A stretch of 64,000 nt of DNA from Bacteroidota bacterium (GCA_035506275.1 DATJPT010000006.1:284635-348634); one strand, 5' to 3'; counted from the stretch's first letter, positions 18,402 through 27,998 are shown. Notes: generated by a model not told the origin, from the letters alone. Numbers and translations are program-made.

Positions 18402-19670
18402 ATGCCAGTAACAATCATCGTGGGGGCGCAGTGGGGGGATGAAGGAAAAGGAAAGATCGTCGACCTGCTCAGCGACGACATCGACATCGTCGCTCGTTAT
18501 CAGGGGGGCGCCAACGCGGGACACACGGTCGTTATCGGCGAAAAAGAATACGTCCTGCACCTCATCCCGTCCGGGATCTTCCACAAGCACGTCACCTGCG
18601 TCATCGGCAACGGCGTCGTCATCGACCCGATGGCCCTCATGGAAGAGATCGCCATGATCAAATCCTTCAACATCAAGATCGAAGGAAGGCTCTTCATCAG
18701 CCACAACGCCCACTTGATCATGCCGTACCACAAACTGCTCGACAGCATCCGCGAGCAGGGGGCGAACAAGATCGGCACGACGGGACGGGGCATCGGACCG
18801 GCGTACATCGACAAGTACATGCGCACCGGCATCCGCGTGGTCGACCTCCTCGACCGGAAGGTCCTCTGCGATAAATTGAAATCGAACATCGAGGAAAAGA
18901 ACCAGCTTCTCAGCAAGGTGTACGGCTCCGCCGTGCTCGATGTCGACAAGATGATCAGCGAGTACGAGGAGTTCGACAAGAAGATCGACCCGTACGTGAC
19001 TGACACTTCCGCATACCTGATCGCCGCCCTGAAGAAGAAAAAAAATATTCTCGCCGAGGGAGCGCAGGGTGCGCTGCTCGACGTCGACCACGGTACGTAT
19101 CCGTTCGTTACCTCCTCCAACCCGACCAGCGGCGGCGCCTGCACGGGACTCGGCATCCCGCCGACGTCGGTGAAAAACATCATCGGCATCGTGAAGGCGT
19201 ATTCCACGCGCGTCGGCAACGGCCCCTTCCCCACCGAACACACGGACGGCATCGGCGAAAAGCTCCGCACTGTGGGACACGAGTTCGGCGCGACGACGGG
19301 ACGCCCGCGGCGGTGTGGATGGCTCGACATGGTCAGCCTGAAATACTCGCTCGAGATCAACGGCGTGAAAGAGATCGCCCTCACCAAGCTCGACGTCCTC
19401 GACGAATTCGACGAGATCAGGATCTGCACCGGATATTCGATCGACAGGCGTCCGCTCAAATCGTTCCCCTCCGCCCTCCAGACGCTCGAACGCGTCGAGC
19501 CGGTCTACCGCTCCTATAAAGGATGGAAGGAAACAATTTCGACGGCAAAAAAATACAAGCAGCTTCCGGCCAGGGCACGGCAATACATCGAAGCGATCGA
19601 GAAGCTGTCGGGAGTCCCCGTGTCGATCGTTTCGGTCGGAGCGCGGCGCGACCAGACCGTCGAGCGGTGA
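18402..19670 (+). CDS. purA: adenylosuccinate synthetase
   Basis: 422 aa; the P-loop-like QWGDEGKGK, GTTGRGIGP and full-length collinearity with PurA. Confidence 0.95.
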   Translation: MPVTIIVGAQWGDEGKGKIVDLLSDDIDIVARYQGGANAGHTVVIGEKEYVLHLIPSGIFHKHVTCVIGNGVVIDPMALMEEIAMIKSFNIKIEGRLFISHNAHLIMPYHKLLDSIREQGANKIGTTGRGIGPAYIDKYMRTGIRVVDLLDRKVLCDKLKSNIEEKNQLLSKVYGSAVLDVDKMISEYEEFDKKIDPYVTDTSAYLIAALKKKKNILAEGAQGALLDVDHGTYPFVTSSNPTSGGACTGLGIPPTSVKNIIGIVKAYSTRVGNGPFPTEHTDGIGEKLRTVGHEFGATTGRPRRCGWLDMVSLKYSLEINGVKEIALTKLDVLDEFDEIRICTGYSIDRRPLKSFPSALQTLERVEPVYRSYKGWKETISTAKKYKQLPARARQYIEAIEKLSGVPVSIVSVGARRDQTVER

Positions 19671-19784
19671 GGGGAATACAGCAACTCGATTAGAAAACTG
19701 TTTTTGCAGGACAGGCAATCCTCGAAGGGATGCTCCGAAGGAGCGAATGTCTGACCTGCGAATGCCGAAGAAGCCAATCCTCTT

Positions 19785-20981
19785 ATGAACCTCAGCGACC
19801 GCAGTCCAAAATCCGGAAATATCAAAGCTGCGCTGCTGATCGCGGCGTTCGTCATCATCATCCCCATTCTCATCTACACGCACAACCTGGTCGACCGGCT
19901 GCAGCAAAAAGAGCGCGAGGTGGCCGCCCTGTATGCCAAATCGGTCGAGTACCTCGCCAACAGCCCTTTTTCAGGCGCAGAATATAATTTTATTTTCGAC
20001 GAGCTGATCCGGGCGATCGACTTCCCCATCATCGAATCGGACGCCGGGAACTTCGAGATCAAGGCCTCGCGCAACATCGACGTCGATACGACGCTTCCAA
20101 AAGCGGAGCGCGATGCGTACGTCCGGTCGCTTATCCCGGAAATGGACCGGATCAACCGCCCCATCGTCGTCTCGTACCAGGACACGATCATCCTCAGCCG
20201 TGTCCATTACGGCGAGTCGCCTCTCGTGACGCGCCTCCGGTGGCTGCCCTACATCGAGATCGTCATCGCCTCTCTCTTTATCTTTGTCGGCTACATCGGC
20301 TTCAGCTACATCAAGCGGAGCGAACAGAGCAACATCTGGGTCGGCATGGCGCGGGAGACGGCCCACCAGCTCGGCACTCCGCTGTCGAGCATGATGGGAT
20401 GGACCGAAATTCTGAAGCTCCGCCCCGAAGCCGACGCCAAGACCGCCGAAACGATCGCGGAGATGGAGAACGACCTGCACCGGCTGAACAAGATCGCCGA
20501 CCGCTTCTCCAAGATCGGCTCGCGCCCTGACCTGCGCGAGGAGGATCTCGGCGAGGTCGTGAAAAGCGTGATCAGCTACTTCCAGAAGAGAATACCGCAG
20601 ATGGGGAAACGGGTCGACATCGTCGTGGAGCCGTCCGAGCCGGTAGAGGCGAAGATCAACCGCGAATTGTTCGAATGGGTGCTTGAGAACCTCGTGAAGA
20701 ACGGGCTGGATGCGATGGAGGACGGGAAGGGAAAGATCTCGTTCAGGATCTCGCGCGCCGGGAACGCGCCGGTCATCGACGTGACCGACACCGGGAAAGG
20801 GATCGATGCGGCGTACCGGAAAGACGTCTTCCGCCCCGGCTTCAGCACGAAAAAACGGGGATGGGGACTCGGGCTCAGCCTTTCAAAAAGGATCGTCGAA
20901 ACCTACCATAAAGGAAAACTCTCCATCAAAGAGAGCAAGCTCGGCGTCGGAACGACCTTCCGCATCAAGCTCCGCGGATGA
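19785..20981 (+). CDS. sensor histidine kinase (two TM helices, HisKA + HATPase_c)
   Basis: 398 aa; H-box HQLGTPLSSMMGWTEIL, N-box NLVKNGLDAM, G-boxes DTGKGID and GWGLGLSLSKRIVE. Confidence 0.85.
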   Translation: MNLSDRSPKSGNIKAALLIAAFVIIIPILIYTHNLVDRLQQKEREVAALYAKSVEYLANSPFSGAEYNFIFDELIRAIDFPIIESDAGNFEIKASRNIDVDTTLPKAERDAYVRSLIPEMDRINRPIVVSYQDTIILSRVHYGESPLVTRLRWLPYIEIVIASLFIFVGYIGFSYIKRSEQSNIWVGMARETAHQLGTPLSSMMGWTEILKLRPEADAKTAETIAEMENDLHRLNKIADRFSKIGSRPDLREEDLGEVVKSVISYFQKRIPQMGKRVDIVVEPSEPVEAKINRELFEWVLENLVKNGLDAMEDGKGKISFRISRAGNAPVIDVTDTGKGIDAAYRKDVFRPGFSTKKRGWGLGLSLSKRIVETYHKGKLSIKESKLGVGTTFRIKLRG

Positions 20982-21488
20982 TCAGGGGATCTGCTGCGGG
21001 AACTGCTGCTTCGGCTTGAACACCGACCATCCGATCAGACTTCCGAGGATCGCAAACGGCACGTCGATAATCATCGTAAAGAAGAGCGACGCGATCATCC
21101 CGATGACCGAAGGCCTCTCCTCCGACGCCTGGTCGATCATCTGCTCGATGTTCGGCGGCAGGTCGACGTTCATCCGGTGCACGATGTTCATCATCATCTC
21201 GATGGCGATGTTGCCGAAGACGAGCGCAACGACGAACGAGATCACGGCTCCGGCCGCGGCGGCGATCACTCCGGTCAGCGCGCCGAGCCGCACGCAGTCG
21301 TTCGACGTCAGCGGGTCCATCTCCGGCGTCAGCTCCTGCCTGTAAAAAAGAACTGCAAGGAATCCCCCCAGCAGAATCCCCGCACAGCAGCAGACGTTGA
21401 TGAGGTTCAGTCCGGGAATTGCGGAAATTCCCGCGATGATCAGTCCGCCGTAGAGCGCGGGCATCAGTCTATCCGGCTTTGGTCGCAT
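20982..21488 (-). CDS. hypothetical integral membrane protein
   Basis: Four predicted TM helices. The track ORF begins at a TTG (21536) inside the upstream gene; the first ATG (21488) is used here, and an ATG at 21464 is an alternative. Confidence 0.4.
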   Translation of the reverse strand: MRPKPDRLMPALYGGLIIAGISAIPGLNLINVCCCAGILLGGFLAVLFYRQELTPEMDPLTSNDCVRLGALTGVIAAAAGAVISFVVALVFGNIAIEMMMNIVHRMNVDLPPNIEQMIDQASEERPSVIGMIASLFFTMIIDVPFAILGSLIGWSVFKPKQQFPQQIP

Positions 21489-21984
21489 ACGGTATCCGTA
21501 GAATATTCTTCGATCGTGATAGGATTTTTTGCACAAGTTCTTCGAGCGGCTCGGCGAGCGGAACGCTCAGTCCGAAACCAAAGAGGGCGCCGCTGCACAT
21601 TCGTGTGACGGCGGTGCTCTCGTGAATGCCGAACGCCGACAGGGCGACGTCGGCAGCCATCGGAAGCGCGGAGAGAAGGATCAACGACCGGGATGAAAGC
21701 CGGCGGCCGATGGTTCTGGAAGCGAAAGGGGCGAAAAGGACGCCGAGGAAAAAGGCGCCGTAGATGGACGTGCAGCGGATGCACACGCCGAATTTGTATC
21801 CGGCGATATGGAACGACCGGCCGTCGATCTGATGGCAGACGCGGGAAAACAACTGGTAGAGGAATGCGCCCGACGCTGCGAGCGGACCGCCGAGCGAGCT
21901 CAATAGCGGCGCAGCGGCGATTGCCGCACACCAGAGGAACAGCATCACGATAAGAACGCGGCGCGGGGTCATGATGGAAAACAT
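21469..21984 (-). CDS. DUF2085 family membrane protein
   Basis: Conserved Cys pattern ...RVCHQIDGRSFHIAGYKFGVCIRCTSIYGAFF... typical of DUF2085. The start is set at ATG 21984; the track start at 22011 is a TTG. Confidence 0.5.
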   Translation of the reverse strand: MFSIMTPRRVLIVMLFLWCAAIAAAPLLSSLGGPLAASGAFLYQLFSRVCHQIDGRSFHIAGYKFGVCIRCTSIYGAFFLGVLFAPFASRTIGRRLSSRSLILLSALPMAADVALSAFGIHESTAVTRMCSGALFGFGLSVPLAEPLEELVQKILSRSKNILRIPYATKAG

Positions 21985-22020
21985 TATAGCAGAATCACGA
22001 GAGAGAAGCAAGAAGGAACG

Positions 22021-22068
22021 GCAACAGGTAGCAGCTAACAGTTAACAGTTAGCAGTTAGCAGTTTATA
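22021..22068. repeat. heptamer tandem repeat (AACAGTT/AGCAGTT)x6
   Basis: aacaggt agcagct aacagtt aacagtt agcagtt agcagtt, directly upstream of the DUF2085 gene. Confidence 0.7.
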
Positions 22069-22075
22069 GCCATGA

Positions 22076-23200
22076 GTGAAAAGGGGATGCTTCGGAAGGA
22101 GCATCCGTCGCCGCGCTCCCCAGAATGACAGAGACTCAGCTTCCTTGAGAATATCGGAGTCACCAACAACTACATGTCATTCCGAGCGAAGCGAGGAATC
22201 TATACGGGAAGAAAGATTCTTCTTCGTCGCAAAGAACGCTCCTCCTCAGAATGACAGAGGCCCAGCTTCCTTGAGAATATTGGAGCCATCAACAACTACA
22301 TGTCATTCCGAGCGCAGCGAGGAATCTATACTGACCTCGGTCCCTTCACTCTATCGCCGCAAGAAAGATTCTTCGTCGTCGCAAAGAACGCTCCTCCTCA
22401 GAATGACAAGGACCCGGTTTCCTTGAGAATATTGGAGCCTCCAACAACAACATGTCATTCCGAGCGAAGCGAGGAATCTATACTGACCTCGGTTCCTTCA
22501 CTGTATCGCCGTAAGAAAGATTCTTCGTCGTCGCAAAAAAACGCTCCTCCTCAGAATGACATAGACTCAGCCTCCTTGAGAATATTGGAGCCACCAACAA
22601 CTACATGTCATTCCGAGCGAAGCGAGGAATCTATACTGACCTCGGTTCCTTCACTCTTTCGCCGTAAGAAAGATTCTTCGTCGTCGCAAAGAACGCTCCA
22701 CCTCAGAATGACACAGACCCAGCTTCCTTGGGAATATTGGAGCCACCAACAACTGCATGTCATTCCGAGCGCAGCGAGGAATCTATACTGACCTCGGTTC
22801 CTTCACTCTATCGCCGTAAGAAAGATTCTTCGTCGTCGCAAAGAACGCTCCTCCTCAGAATGACAGGGATCCAGCTTCCTTGAGAATATTGAAGCGACTA
22901 ACAACCATATGTCATTCCGAGCGTAGCGAGGAATCTATACTGACTTCGGTTCCTTCACTCTTTCGTCGTGCGAAAGATTCTTCGTCGTCGCAAAAAACGC
23001 TCCTCCTCAGAATGACAGAGGCCCAGCTTCCTTGAGAATATTGGAGCCACCAACAACTACATGTCATTCCGAGCGCAGCGAGGAATCTATGCTGTCGTCG
23101 TTTCCTTCACTCTTTCGTCGTGCGAAAGATTCTTCGTCGTCGCAAAAAACGCTCCTCCTCAGAATGACAGAGACGGAACTAGATTCCGCTACTTAATTAT
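22076..23200 (+). repeat. family-A tandem hairpin array (about 8.5 units of ~128 bp)
   Basis: It begins with the hairpin GGATGCTTCGGAAGGAGCATCC. Units run CAACAACTACATGTCATTCCGAGCG(A/C)AGCGAGGAATCTATAC[...]AAGAAAGATTCTTCGTCGTCGCAAAGAACGCTCCTCCTCAGAATGACAGAG-linker. Each unit is a long imperfect hairpin, and units differ by indels in the loop. The ORF-track 'proteins' containing CHSERSEESI are translations of these repeats. Confidence 0.8.
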
Positions 23201-23256
23201 CCAGACCCCAATCTGCGTAATCTGCAATCAGCGCAAAATCAGCGCCATCTGCGTAA

Positions 23257-26061
23257 TCACTTTAGCAGAAGCATCTTTCTCGTCTCTATAAACCTTCCAG
23301 ACCTGAGGGTGTAAAAATATGCGCCGCCGGCAAAGCTGGCTCCGTTGAACGCCGCACGGTTCAACACTCCCGCCTCAACGCTGCCGTTCACGAGAGTCGC
23401 AACCTCTTCCCCAAGCGTGTTGTACACTTTCAGCGTCGCGATGCCCGACGTCGGCACCGCAAATTCGATGCTGGTTTCCGGGTTGAACGGGTTCGGGTAA
23501 TTCTGTCCGAGCAGTATCGTATTCGGCGCCAACGTCATCGTTGCTTCCACTTCATCGCTGTACTCAAAGTTTCCGTTGCGGTCAATCTGCTTCAGACGGT
23601 AATTGTAGCTCCCAACCACCGCGGATGCATCCTTGAAAGAATAACGATGCACGCTGCTGCTCGTTCCATACCCGTGAACAAACCCTATTGTTTCCCAACT
23701 GTTCATTGTTGATTGTTCATTGTTCATTGTACTCCGCTCCACCTCAAACCCGTAATTCTCCGTCTCCGTCGCCGTCGTCCAGCGAAGCTCGACCCCATCC
23801 TCCGCCGCACGAGCCGTGAACGAACTCAGCTCGACGGGAAGATTGGTCGCGACAAAACTTGACTCGGCAGCGTCGTTCGCTGAACCCTCTGTTCCAGCCC
23901 CTCCTGCCGATGTTTTTGAATCGAGCCCGAAGTCGCTTACCGACCCGATATTCACGAATTGAACCACGTGGCCCGAAGCCGGAGCCGTCGTTGAATTTGC
24001 GGTCGGCGCCGCAAGCGAGGCGATGCTCCCCGGTTTACTGCCATGACTGAGGGAATGAATATGGCCGCCGCCGGAAGTCAGGATCTCAAGCGCATCGGCG
24101 GTGCCGGAAATATCGAAGCCGCTTGCACCGCCGGTAAAGTACGTCGCGTTGGTGTCGCTGACGACGAGTTTCTTATCCGAAATATCAAAGTCCTGCGCTT
24201 GCGCGTTTCCCTTTCCAAGAAGAACAATGAACGTTCCTTTTGGTACTGATGACCAGAGTGCTGCATTCGAAAACACGACCGGCGTCTGCGCATTGCCGGC
24301 GGAGCTGTAGTCGCGAAGCTGCATCCCGCGCATATCCAGGTTGTTCTGGATGACCAGAAGCTCGACCCATTCCCCGCTTTGCGCCGATGCATTAAAATAC
24401 TCGTTCACTACGACGGTTGGCGACGACGAAGCGGCTCCGGTGGTGTAGGTGACCTGGTCTTTCGACGAAGGGAAATTGTCCGTCTTATAGTTGCGCTGAC
24501 AACCGCTTCCGTTGTAGGGATAAATCCTGAACGAGTAGCTGGTCAGACTCAGGAGGCCGGTACACTGCAGCGAATCTCCGCTGCCGTACGGGACATTGAC
24601 AACCGCCGAACCGTCGCCGAGGTTGGTATCGTTCGAATACGTTACACCGTCCACAGGGTCGCTGAACGCGTTCGTGGTATTCGCGAGGATAAGATAGCCG
24701 GAGGGAACGGTACCTCCGGCCGAGTCGATCCACCGGATCGTGATTGAGGAGTTCGTGATCGTCGGTGTCGTAAGGTTGAACCCTCCCGGATACTTTGATG
24801 GCTCGGCGGCAAGCGTTGCCGACCCTGTCGTTGCACTGCAGGAAGGGACCGTCCCGTCGATTTTGTAGTTGATCTGCGACGACGAGCCGTTATAAGAATA
24901 CATATGCACATAGTATGTCGTTCCGCACGAGAGGCCGGTGAACTGGTGCGACGTCCCCCCGCTGTTGGCCACATTCACTACCGCACGGTTGTCGGTCAGG
25001 TCCGTGTCGTCGGCATAGACCGAACCGTCTTCGGGCGTGAAATAATCGTCCGATGCGTAGAGCTCGATCAGGTACCCGGAGGGCTGCTGACTCCCTGCCG
25101 CGGCGTTCGTCCAGCTGACCGTCAGACTGGACGAAGTGACGTTCCCTATCGCAAGGTTCGTCACATGGTTGGAAGGTTCAACGGCATACGTCGGAGTCAG
25201 TTTCGAGAGGTCGTTGAAGTTGATATAGTTCGCCCACTCGGGATGATCGACAAACGGATTGCGGTTGTTCTGGATCGATTGGATATAGTTGTTCCGCGAT
25301 ACTTCCCACGCGTCGGGAGGGTCGTCTTTATTCCACTGCAAAAGAAGGTTCACATCCTGTGCTGCTTCGCTCAGCGAATCGAGTATAACATTGTTGAGAT
25401 GATTGAATGTCCAGTCGTAGCCATTCACGCCGTTATAGCAAACGGCCATGTAGAAAAGAGCGCGTGCGAAATCCCCCTTGTGCGACTGACGAGGCTCGAA
25501 GACGGTATGCCCGCTCGCATCCGTTCCGACCTTGCACGCCAAAAAAGTGTATGTTGGAGAAACAACGACTCCCTCAGGATGATTGCTCCTCGGGTCGTTT
25601 GCGTGTACCTGATTCACGGGAAAAAGGTGATGCTGGTCGGAATACTCAGGCAAGCTTGTAAAATTGGATGCGTGCGCGCTCGGCATCCAACTCTGGCACC
25701 AGGAGTGCTCGCGGCTGAATCCCGAGTCATTGTTCACTCCGGCGTTTCCCCACCATTTAAAGGGCGGCGTGTAAACGTAGTTAAGCCCGGAATACACACA
25801 CGTCACAACTTTCTGCCCGTTCGTCGTATCGCGCGAGGCGAAGTTGGCAATGTTCGTCTCATCGTAATTGTCGTAGGTGATGCGGGTGTGAGGATTGATC
25901 AGGTTCTGGAGGTCAGTGACAAAGGTCGCGCTTGATGTGGAAATACCGTCGAAGTAAGTTCCGGGCTGCGCCCAGAGGGATAATGATTGAAGAACGATCA
26001 GAGAGACAAGAACGCCGAGGCTCTTCCTCGATGTTCTCAAAGATTTCAAACCAGCGCCCAT
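23257..26061 (-). CDS. secreted T9SS cargo protein: endonuclease I family nuclease + FN3 repeats + lamin-tail domain + T9SS C-terminal sorting domain
   Basis: 934 aa; signal peptide. The N-terminal domain shows the Endonuclease_1 pattern (HLFPVNQ...SHKGDFARALFYMAVCY...NNRNPFVDHP). An LTD-like segment reads VVVNEYFNASAQSGEWVELLVIQNNLDMRGMQL. The CTD reads GQNYPNPFNPETSIEF...LKVYNTLGEEV...KMLLLK. Confidence 0.7.
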   Translation of the reverse strand: MGAGLKSLRTSRKSLGVLVSLIVLQSLSLWAQPGTYFDGISTSSATFVTDLQNLINPHTRITYDNYDETNIANFASRDTTNGQKVVTCVYSGLNYVYTPPFKWWGNAGVNNDSGFSREHSWCQSWMPSAHASNFTSLPEYSDQHHLFPVNQVHANDPRSNHPEGVVVSPTYTFLACKVGTDASGHTVFEPRQSHKGDFARALFYMAVCYNGVNGYDWTFNHLNNVILDSLSEAAQDVNLLLQWNKDDPPDAWEVSRNNYIQSIQNNRNPFVDHPEWANYINFNDLSKLTPTYAVEPSNHVTNLAIGNVTSSSLTVSWTNAAAGSQQPSGYLIELYASDDYFTPEDGSVYADDTDLTDNRAVVNVANSGGTSHQFTGLSCGTTYYVHMYSYNGSSSQINYKIDGTVPSCSATTGSATLAAEPSKYPGGFNLTTPTITNSSITIRWIDSAGGTVPSGYLILANTTNAFSDPVDGVTYSNDTNLGDGSAVVNVPYGSGDSLQCTGLLSLTSYSFRIYPYNGSGCQRNYKTDNFPSSKDQVTYTTGAASSSPTVVVNEYFNASAQSGEWVELLVIQNNLDMRGMQLRDYSSAGNAQTPVVFSNAALWSSVPKGTFIVLLGKGNAQAQDFDISDKKLVVSDTNATYFTGGASGFDISGTADALEILTSGGGHIHSLSHGSKPGSIASLAAPTANSTTAPASGHVVQFVNIGSVSDFGLDSKTSAGGAGTEGSANDAAESSFVATNLPVELSSFTARAAEDGVELRWTTATETENYGFEVERSTMNNEQSTMNSWETIGFVHGYGTSSSVHRYSFKDASAVVGSYNYRLKQIDRNGNFEYSDEVEATMTLAPNTILLGQNYPNPFNPETSIEFAVPTSGIATLKVYNTLGEEVATLVNGSVEAGVLNRAAFNGASFAGGAYFYTLRSGRFIETRKMLLLK

Positions 26062-26439
26062 TCAGCAACAGCACCATTCTCCCCCCCGCGATGAATTAAT
26101 AATGTGAATTATGAATTACGAATCTCTTCGTACGTAAGATCCCATCGTTCGGCGCCGGCCCATTCCGACCATTCCACAATGTACCCGGCGTAGCGTTGAT
26201 TTAATGTACATACGGCAACCCGGCGGGACGATGACCAACAGCACGCATAATGAAAAAATAAACAAACGGCGGAAGAAATACCAGCGGCAACCCCGTTTTA
26301 TTCCCCGTTACCCCCTCCGCCCGAAGGTTCGAGGGGATGGCTTTGCAAGACCTCCGCGGAGGATCCATGACGCTGCATTTCCGTTACACTGGAATGTACC
26401 ATCAGAAACGCCTGCGGTCACCAATTCGTAGTGTCATGG

Positions 26440-27000
26440 ATTCTCCCAAAGGGATGCTTCGGAAGGAGCATCCGTCGCTGCGCTCCTCAGAATGACACAG
26501 ACTCAGCATCCTTGAGAATATTGAAGCCACCAACAACTATATGTCATTCCGAGCGCAGCGAGGAATCTATGCCGTTAGAAAGATTCTTCGTCGTCGCAAA
26601 GAACAGTCCTCCTCAGAATGACAGAGATTCAGCTTCCTTGAGAATATTGAAACCACCAACGACTACATGTCATTCCGAGCGAAGCGAGGAATCTATGCTG
26701 TCGTCGGTTCCTTCACTCTTTCGCCGTAAGAAAGATTCTTCGTCGTCGCATAGAACGCTCCTCCTCAGAATGACAAGGACCCGGTTTCCTTGAGAATATT
26801 GGAGCCACCAACAACTACATGTCATTCCGAGCGTAGCGAGGAATCTATGCTGTCGTCGGTTCCTTCACTTTTTCACCGTGTGAAAGATTCTTCGTCGTCG
26901 CAAAAAACGCTCCTCCTCGGAATGACATAGACTCAGTAACCTTAAGAATATCTGAGCCACCAACAACTACATGTCATTCCGAGCGTAGCGAGGAATCTAT
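26440..27000 (+). repeat. family-A tandem hairpin array (about 4.5 units)
   Basis: Same unit as 22076-23200. It starts with the GGATGCTTCGGAAGGAGCATCC hairpin and ends abutting the GIY-YIG gene. Confidence 0.8.
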
Positions 27001-27001
27001 C

Positions 27002-27277
27002 TTAAAATCTGACCTCTTCAAAATTAGGGTTTATCGATGAGATGAGATCAATTTTTTTCTGCCTCCCCCACCCCTTAATTTGCTTTTCTCTCGAAATTGC
27101 GTCGCGCACGTCAGAGTACTCTTCAAAATACACTAACTTCGAAATTTTATAGCGAGATGTGAATCCGGGATTCGAATGCATGCAGTGCTCGGCTACCCGG
27201 CGTTCTAAGTTATTTGTCAACCCTGTGTACAACGTCATCTTTCTATTTGTCATTATATAGATGTAGTATTTGCGCAT
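27002..27277 (-). CDS. GIY-YIG nuclease family protein (UPF0213-type, standalone)
   Basis: 91 aa; YIYIMTNRKMTLYTGLTNNLERRVAEHC is the GIY-YIG core. The gene is a low-GC insert sandwiched between two family-A arrays. Confidence 0.75.
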   Translation of the reverse strand: MRKYYIYIMTNRKMTLYTGLTNNLERRVAEHCMHSNPGFTSRYKISKLVYFEEYSDVRDAISREKQIKGWGRQKKIDLISSINPNFEEVRF

Positions 27278-27354
27278 GTTTCTCCCCTAAAGAATGGCTT
27301 TCATGAGGCCTGAGTGCCTGAGAACAAAAGGCGGACCGAGACTATTTGTCACCC

Positions 27355-27935
27355 CGAGCCAGCGAGGGGTCCCTGCGGTAAGAAAGATTCTTCGTCGTCG
27401 CAAAAAACGCTCCTCCTCAGAATGACACAGACTCAGCTTCCTTGAGAATATTAAATCCACCAACAACCACATGTCATTCCGATCGCAGCGAGGAATCTAC
27501 ACAGGAAGAAGAACGCTCTTCCTCAGAATGACATAGACTCAGCTTCCATGAGAATATTGGAACCACCAACAACTGCATGTCATTCCGAGCGCAGCGAGGA
27601 ATCTATACCGCAAGAAAGATTCTTCGTCGTCGCAAAGAACACTCCTCCTCAGAATGACAGAGACCCAGCTTCTTTGAGAATATTGGAGCCACCAACAACT
27701 ACATGTCATTCCGAGCGAAGCGAGGAATCTATGCGGCAAGAAAGATTCTTCGTCGTCGCAAAGAACGCTCCTCCTCAGAATGACAGAGACTCAGCTTCTT
27801 TGAGAATATCGGAGCCACCAACAACTACATGTCATTCCGAGCGCAGCGAGGAATCTATGGCGTTAGAAAGATTCTTCGTCGTCGCAAAGAACGCTCCTCC
27901 TCAGAATGAAAGAGACGGAACTAGACTCCGCTACT
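27355..27935 (+). repeat. family-A tandem hairpin array (about 4.5 units)
   Basis: Same unit as above. The terminal ~100 bp (27908-28005), including the AATCTGCG..CATCTGCGTAATCAC element, are near-identical to 23163-23262. Confidence 0.8.
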
Positions 27936-27998
27936 TAATTATCCAGACCCCAATCTGCGCAATCTGCAATCAGCGCAAAATCAGCGCCATCTGCGTAA

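Noticed and set aside
22076-23200. Track ORFs translating to ...CHSERSEESI...FFVVAKNAPPQND... (e.g. 22076-22426, 22300-22791, 26431-26793, 27548-28228)
   Set aside because: These are read-through translations of the family-A tandem repeat in one frame. Their repetitive internal periodicity and lack of any start context argue against coding.
26204-26431. 75-aa Arg/Pro-rich ORF upstream of the endonuclease-I cargo gene
   Set aside because: It lies in an AT-rich promoter region with biased basic composition and no recognisable fold or motif, so it is probably spurious.
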